Below the pieces are notes generated by a model that did not search any database, was not told where the DNA came from, and worked only from the letters and a program-made list of their open reading frames with translations. This document shows, in pieces, positions 27,542 to 32,000 of a stretch of 32,000 nucleotides of DNA. Origin of the DNA: Candidatus Electronema aureum (GTDB lineage Bacteria; Desulfobacterota; Desulfobulbia; Desulfobulbales; Desulfobulbaceae); NCBI GenBank assembly GCA_004284765.1, contig NQJD01000018.1:1-32000 (forward strand), read 5' to 3'. The translations under genes were made by a program, and so were the position numbers. Numbering within the stretch: position 1 is the first letter of the stretch; every line of letters begins with the position of its first letter.

Positions 27542-29098
27542 TTATTCATTCCAGATGATCTCATATCGTTGGACATGGAGATCAGGTACGGGGATCACAG
27601 TGATCCGCTTGCTGATTGACTGCTCCAGCACGCGCACGTGTCCGGCCTCTTCCCGCAGCAACAGGTCGGCGACGCGAGGATTGACCCGCAGCGTGATATT
27701 ATTACTGCCGTTGATCTGCAACGCATCACGGGAGATTTTACGGAAGATTTCGTAACAGATCGTGCGCCGGGCTTTGACCACCCCTTCACCGCCACAGCAC
27801 GGGCAATTTTCATTCAGCGTTCGCGAAAGGTTCTCGCTGGAACGCTGCCGGGTCATCTGCACTAAACCGAAGTCAGACATTCTGAGGATGTTCACCCGGG
27901 TGCGATCTTTTGTCATCGCCTCTTGCAACGTTCGGTACAATGTCTCCCGGTCTTGCTCGGTCTCCATGTCGATGAAATCAATGATGATGATCCCGCCGAT
28001 ATTGCGCAGCCGAAGCTGGGCCGCGATCTCGCGTACCGCTTCCATGTTGGTCTTGAAGATGGTCTCGCTGAGATCATTTTTACCCACATAGCGCCCGGTA
28101 TTTACATCGATTACTGTCAGGGCCTCAGTCGTCTCTATGATAAGATACCCGCCGGAGCGCAGCCAGACTTTTTTATCCGCAGCCCGATTGATAGCAGTCT
28201 CGATGCCGTAGGCTTCAAAAAGCGGCACTTCGCTGTCATAATGGACAATCCGGCTTTTCAACTTGGGCGCAAAGGTGCTGACAAAGGCCAGCAGCCGTTC
28301 ATGCACCTCTTGAGAGTCAATTACCACCTCGTTGACATTGTCGGTGAGTAGGTCACGGGCCGAGCGCAAGGCGAGGTCGATATCTTTGTGGACTATGCCG
28401 GGCACGGGCGACCGAGGGGCGGCAGATTTAATATCATCCCAGAGCAGAAGCAAAAACTCCATGTCTGCTTCAATTTCCGCACTGGTGATGTTCTCCGCAA
28501 CTGTGCGGACAATAAAACCGGTTCCAGCAGGCCGCAGGCTTTCAATCTTCTGCCGCAGTTCCTCGCGCACTCGCTCATCTTCAATTTTACGCGAAATGCC
28601 AATGTGATTGGTTAGCGGCATGAAGACCAGATTACGGCAGGCCAAGGTGATGTGGCAAGTCAACCGCGCTCCCTTAGTCCCAATCGGGTCTTTGGCGATT
28701 TGCACCATGACCGTCTGCCCTTCTTTGAGCAATTTTTCAATACCAGGACGAGTAGTGGCGGTGCAGCGATCGGTCAGCGAAGGATCATCGGGATAATGGC
28801 GACGGCAGCAATGTGGCTCGTCATCAGCCATCCGCTCTTCTAATTGCGGTAAGGAAGAAGCATAAACATCATCTACATAGAGAAAACCGGTGCGATCAAG
28901 ACCGATATCAACAAAGGCCGCCTGCATTCCCGGTAGCACGCGTACCACTCTGCCGCAGTAGATACTGCCGACTAATCCTTTTTCCGCAGGCCGCTCAATA
29001 TGAAATTCAAGCAGATTACCACCCTCGACCAAGGCGATCCGGTTTTCATAAGGCGCGGCGTTGATCAGAATGTCTGTGTACATTGGTTTATTTTTCAT
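27542..29098 (-). CDS. rng: ribonuclease G / RNase E-G family
   Basis: 518 aa. S1 domain GSIYCGRVVRVLPGMQAAFVDIGLDRTGFLY, then DPIGTKGARLT, the DNase-I-like region IIIDFIDM, and the Zn-link CPCCGGEG. Confidence 0.85.
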   Translation of the reverse strand: MKNKPMYTDILINAAPYENRIALVEGGNLLEFHIERPAEKGLVGSIYCGRVVRVLPGMQAAFVDIGLDRTGFLYVDDVYASSLPQLEERMADDEPHCCRRHYPDDPSLTDRCTATTRPGIEKLLKEGQTVMVQIAKDPIGTKGARLTCHITLACRNLVFMPLTNHIGISRKIEDERVREELRQKIESLRPAGTGFIVRTVAENITSAEIEADMEFLLLLWDDIKSAAPRSPVPGIVHKDIDLALRSARDLLTDNVNEVVIDSQEVHERLLAFVSTFAPKLKSRIVHYDSEVPLFEAYGIETAINRAADKKVWLRSGGYLIIETTEALTVIDVNTGRYVGKNDLSETIFKTNMEAVREIAAQLRLRNIGGIIIIDFIDMETEQDRETLYRTLQEAMTKDRTRVNILRMSDFGLVQMTRQRSSENLSRTLNENCPCCGGEGVVKARRTICYEIFRKISRDALQINGSNNITLRVNPRVADLLLREEAGHVRVLEQSISKRITVIPVPDLHVQRYEIIWNE

Positions 29099-29450
29099 CG
29101 CTTATTCGCAACAGGCATAGTCTGACAACGCGGCGCGGGCAACTCAGGCAGGCAGAGGCGGTGAAAGATGTCGTTTCGGATCAGGGAACTCGTTTAGGTT
29201 AACAGAAAAAGCCGAACAGACAAGCTGTGGCTGACTGATAAAACAAGTTATGATACCCGACTTACCTCGCTCTGCCAAGGAGGGATTGGTTGGCTTTGCC
29301 GGTTCTTATAAAAAAAATAAACCTCCTGCGTAACTCATAGAGAGTACAGCCTGAGCTGCGGCCTCTTCCGTTGAGCAGTGACAAATTGACAGACGAGACG
29401 ATCAGCAATGACCGTCCCGGCTGATTGACAGAATGACAGAAACGCTTGCC

Positions 29451-29738
29451 TTATTGCTGCGGTTTATCGGTCTGCTCTCCGCTATCTTTGACCATCTCCT
29501 CCATCTTTTGATTTTGTGCGTTTTGCAAGGCCTGTGAGTCATTGGCCTTATTTAAGGGCTTCTGGATTTGCTCAACCGCTTTTTGCGCTACCTTATCTGA
29601 GGCTTGCTCCACCACGCCTTTTTTTTCCTCACCCGGATTTTCCTCCGAGCAGCCGACCAGCAGCCCGAAAAGTGCTAGCCCACAGGCAGTGGCTTTGAGA
29701 TAACTTATGTTTTTCATTTTGTTGCGCATGGTTCTCAT
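29451..29738 (-). CDS. small lipoprotein, unknown function
   Basis: 95 aa with lipobox LLVG|C after a hydrophobic stretch. The mature part is low-complexity and Q/E/K-rich. Several in-frame ATGs are possible starts. Confidence 0.55.
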   Translation of the reverse strand: MRTMRNKMKNISYLKATACGLALFGLLVGCSEENPGEEKKGVVEQASDKVAQKAVEQIQKPLNKANDSQALQNAQNQKMEEMVKDSGEQTDKPQQ

Positions 29739-29826
29739 CGTATTGTTCCTCTAGTTATAGTTGCAGGAGCGAACCCTTGTGTTCACCCTGTTTTTAAGAT
29801 CAGTTATTCGCGAGGATAGCATAGCC

Positions 29827-31419
29827 TCATTTTCTGAATCGCTGCTTTATTTTTCCGGTGATCTCATCAAACTCTGGCAGCTTGAGAAAATGCAGGGCAG
29901 CGGCATAGAGCAACGATGCGCTGCCGATCAGCAGGGCCACGCCAACAAGCTGCATGGGAAGTCTTCCTTGCAGCAGCGAACTGAGCAGCATCTTCAGTCC
30001 GATGATGCCCAACGCCATGACCGCGCTGGCAGCAATGATCTTGAGCGTGCCTATGGCAAGCTGCTTCAGGGCGAAACCAGCCAGCTTGCGGTTCAAGACA
30101 AAGCCAAGGAAGAGGAAGTTGAGCACCATTGAGCAAGAGGTAGAAAGGGCAATGGCGCGGAAGGAAAGCCGGTCAATGGTCAGGGTGATGAAAAGGACAT
30201 TGACCGCCACAGCGAGGAATGAGCTGATCACCGGGTACTTGGTGTCGTTGAGGGCGTAGAAGACCGGTACCATGATCTTGACGGCTGAATAGGCGAAGAG
30301 GCCGCAGGAGTAGCAGATCAGGGCTTCGGCAGTGCGGGCAGTGTCTTCGGCAGTGAAAGCCCCATGCTCGAAGATCAGGCGGATGATCGGCCCAGCAAGG
30401 AGCATCAGGCCGACTGCTGCCGGGATAGTCAGGCTGAAGACCATGACTAACGAGGACGAGAACGTTTGCCGCAGCCCGGCCATGTCCTTCTGCGCGGCAT
30501 GACGGGCTAAAACCGGCATGGCGGCGATGGAGAAGGCCACGCCGAACACGCCGATGGGCAGCTGGACGAGACGAAAGGCGTAATTCAACCAGGAAACCGA
30601 GCCTTCCTGGCAGGAAGCGGCAAAATTGGTGTTGACAAACACGTTGATCTGGGTGGCAGAGAGGCCAACTGTGGCTGGTAGCATCAGCCAGAGGATGCGC
30701 CGCAAGCCTGGATCGCGGAGATTAAGGCGCGGACGGAAGCGGAAGCCGGTCTTGCGCAGCGCGGGCAGTTGGACAAGCAATTGCAGCAGGCCGCCGAGCA
30801 GCGTTCCCCAGGCCATGCCGACAATCGCAGGCTGGCCAAACTTGGGCAGCAGCCAGGCCAAGGACACGCCGCCGATGATCGAGCCAAGGTTGAAGAAGGA
30901 CGAGGCCATAGCCGGAACAAAGAACTTGCCCTTGGTGTTGAGCATTCCCATCACCACCGCTGCCAAAGCGACCAAGATCAGGAAAGGAAACATGATCTGG
31001 GTCATCAGGGCGGTGAGTTCGGTCTTGCCTGCAACTTGAGCGAAGTCTGGCGCGAGCAGGCGGGCAATGGGTTCAGCCAGCAGGATGCCGACCAAGGTGA
31101 TTAAACTGAGCAGCACGGTGATGAAGGAGAGCACGTTCGAGGCAAGCTGCCACGTCGCCTCTTCACCCTTGTTGGTGTCGTGGTCGGAAAAGACAGTGAC
31201 AAAGGCGGCAGACAGCGCGCCCTCACCGAACAAATCCCGCAGCAAGTTGGGAATGCGGAAGGCGACGACAAAGGCATCATAGGCATAACCCGCGCCGAAC
31301 ATCCCCGCAAAGACTTGCTCGCGTGCCAGACCCAGTACCCGGCTGCACATCACTGCGCCGCTCACCGCACCGGCGGACTTGGCTATCCGCCCAGTTGAAC
31401 TACTTGCTTTTTCTGACAT
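29827..31419 (-). CDS. murJ: lipid II flippase MurJ (MviN)
   Basis: 530 aa. SRVLGLAREQVFAGMFGAGYAYDAFVVAFRIPNLLRDLFGEGALSAAFV is the canonical MurJ N-terminus, and the protein has about 14 TM segments. Confidence 0.9.
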   Translation of the reverse strand: MSEKASSSTGRIAKSAGAVSGAVMCSRVLGLAREQVFAGMFGAGYAYDAFVVAFRIPNLLRDLFGEGALSAAFVTVFSDHDTNKGEEATWQLASNVLSFITVLLSLITLVGILLAEPIARLLAPDFAQVAGKTELTALMTQIMFPFLILVALAAVVMGMLNTKGKFFVPAMASSFFNLGSIIGGVSLAWLLPKFGQPAIVGMAWGTLLGGLLQLLVQLPALRKTGFRFRPRLNLRDPGLRRILWLMLPATVGLSATQINVFVNTNFAASCQEGSVSWLNYAFRLVQLPIGVFGVAFSIAAMPVLARHAAQKDMAGLRQTFSSSLVMVFSLTIPAAVGLMLLAGPIIRLIFEHGAFTAEDTARTAEALICYSCGLFAYSAVKIMVPVFYALNDTKYPVISSFLAVAVNVLFITLTIDRLSFRAIALSTSCSMVLNFLFLGFVLNRKLAGFALKQLAIGTLKIIAASAVMALGIIGLKMLLSSLLQGRLPMQLVGVALLIGSASLLYAAALHFLKLPEFDEITGKIKQRFRK

Positions 31420-31577
31420 AATCCCCCCGACTCTGAACAGCCGGTTTGATGATTATCGCTTGACTTGAAAGGGATTAAGGAGCAGAATGCGACTCATCAT
31501 TTCCCGACAGATGGTTGTTACCATTCTCGGAGAAAAAGGGGAAGCCCTTTTCCGCGCAAAAAAAACAAGCTTTTCAT

Positions 31578-32000
31578 CATGCCAAAAGCCCTCCATCCCA
31601 AAGCCGCCGCCTTTGTCAGCCAGAATTTTTTTGTCGGACTGACTTCTTTTGCCGAACTGGAAAACCGCATCGCCGCTCTGCCTGACAATCAGTCTCGCGG
31701 CGATGCCTTTGAAGTTTTTGCAGAAGCGTACTTATCCACGCAGCGCAGGCATGAGGCAGCGCATGTCTGGCCGTTGAATGCGGTTCCAAGTGCTGTGCTT
31801 CAGCGGCTCAATTTGGGGAGCAAAGATTACGGCATTGACGGCGTGTTCCAAACGCAGCTTGGCCAGCTCAACGCGTATCAGGTGAAATTCCGCACTGACC
31901 GGCCTGCGCTGACATGGCGCGAGCTGTCCACGTTCATGGGACTGGCGGACAGTCCGCAGATTGGCAGCCGAGTTTTGATCACCAACTGCGATGACTTGGC
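31578..32000 (+). CDS. partial CDS: PD-(D/E)xK (Mrr-like) restriction-endonuclease N-terminal domain, probably of a larger helicase/restriction protein
   Basis: The frame is open from ATG 31578 to the window end (141 codons): ...RGDAFEVFAEAYL...SKDYGIDGVFQTQLGQLNAYQVKFRTDRPALTWRELSTF. The D...(Q)xK core fits an Mrr-type nuclease fold. No SD. Not in the ORF track because no stop is reached. Confidence 0.6.

Noticed and set aside
29326-29336. ctgcgtaactc, an 11-nt match to the MITE terminal repeat
   Set aside because: Too short, with no second end and no TA-flanked structure. It cannot be called a solo TIR.
29099-29450. 350-nt untranslated gap upstream of rng, as a possible autoregulatory leader
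   Set aside because: RNase E-type leaders are known in E. coli, but I see no conserved structure or motif here beyond three (t/a)tgacaga repeats. Noted only.

Overview
Chromosomal window from a Gram-negative bacterium. My 60-nt hand counts give about 65% G+C in core genes. Gene content and the GC-rich repeat type hint at a Desulfobacterota-like lineage, but I cannot verify that. Plus-strand core genes are glnD-glnA, mutS, htrA, recA, folA, a P460-like c-type haem protein, elbB, a YkgJ-type Cys-cluster protein and rlmH. recA is split by a 345-aa LAGLIDADG intein. The minus strand carries an envelope/RNA cluster: GT9 glycosyltransferase, UPF0104 membrane protein, LptF/G permease, M23 peptidase, rng, a small lipoprotein and murJ. 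The window ends in a partial PD-(D/E)xK restriction-like gene. There are four accessory patches. (1) The 3' end of an IS630-type element lies at the left edge. (2) 4.5-8.5 kb holds a three-gene minus-strand operon with an HU-like/DUF4469-like protein, five CATG-N2-CATG palindromes phased at exactly 23 bp, a low-GC lipoprotein plus coiled-coil pair, and a 5'-truncated IS110 transposase abutting mutS. (3) 11.2-12.2 kb holds a truncated ImmA/IrrE peptidase, two 116-bp MITEs with TA duplications and an IS630 tail fragment. (4) 18.7-21.9 kb is the most interesting region: a four-gene cassette inserted between ykgJ-like and rlmH. It encodes a short CHAT/caspase-fold protease ending in a helical module, a 92-aa ORF that is a stand-alone copy of that module, an ABC ATPase with a ~110-aa non-ABC N-terminal extension, and a 7-8 TM protein in a sharply delimited block of ~20-22% G+C. 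I read this cassette as a candidate effector-associated-domain-coupled conflict or signalling system built on an ABC ATPase. That reading is inference and needs profile searches and experiments.
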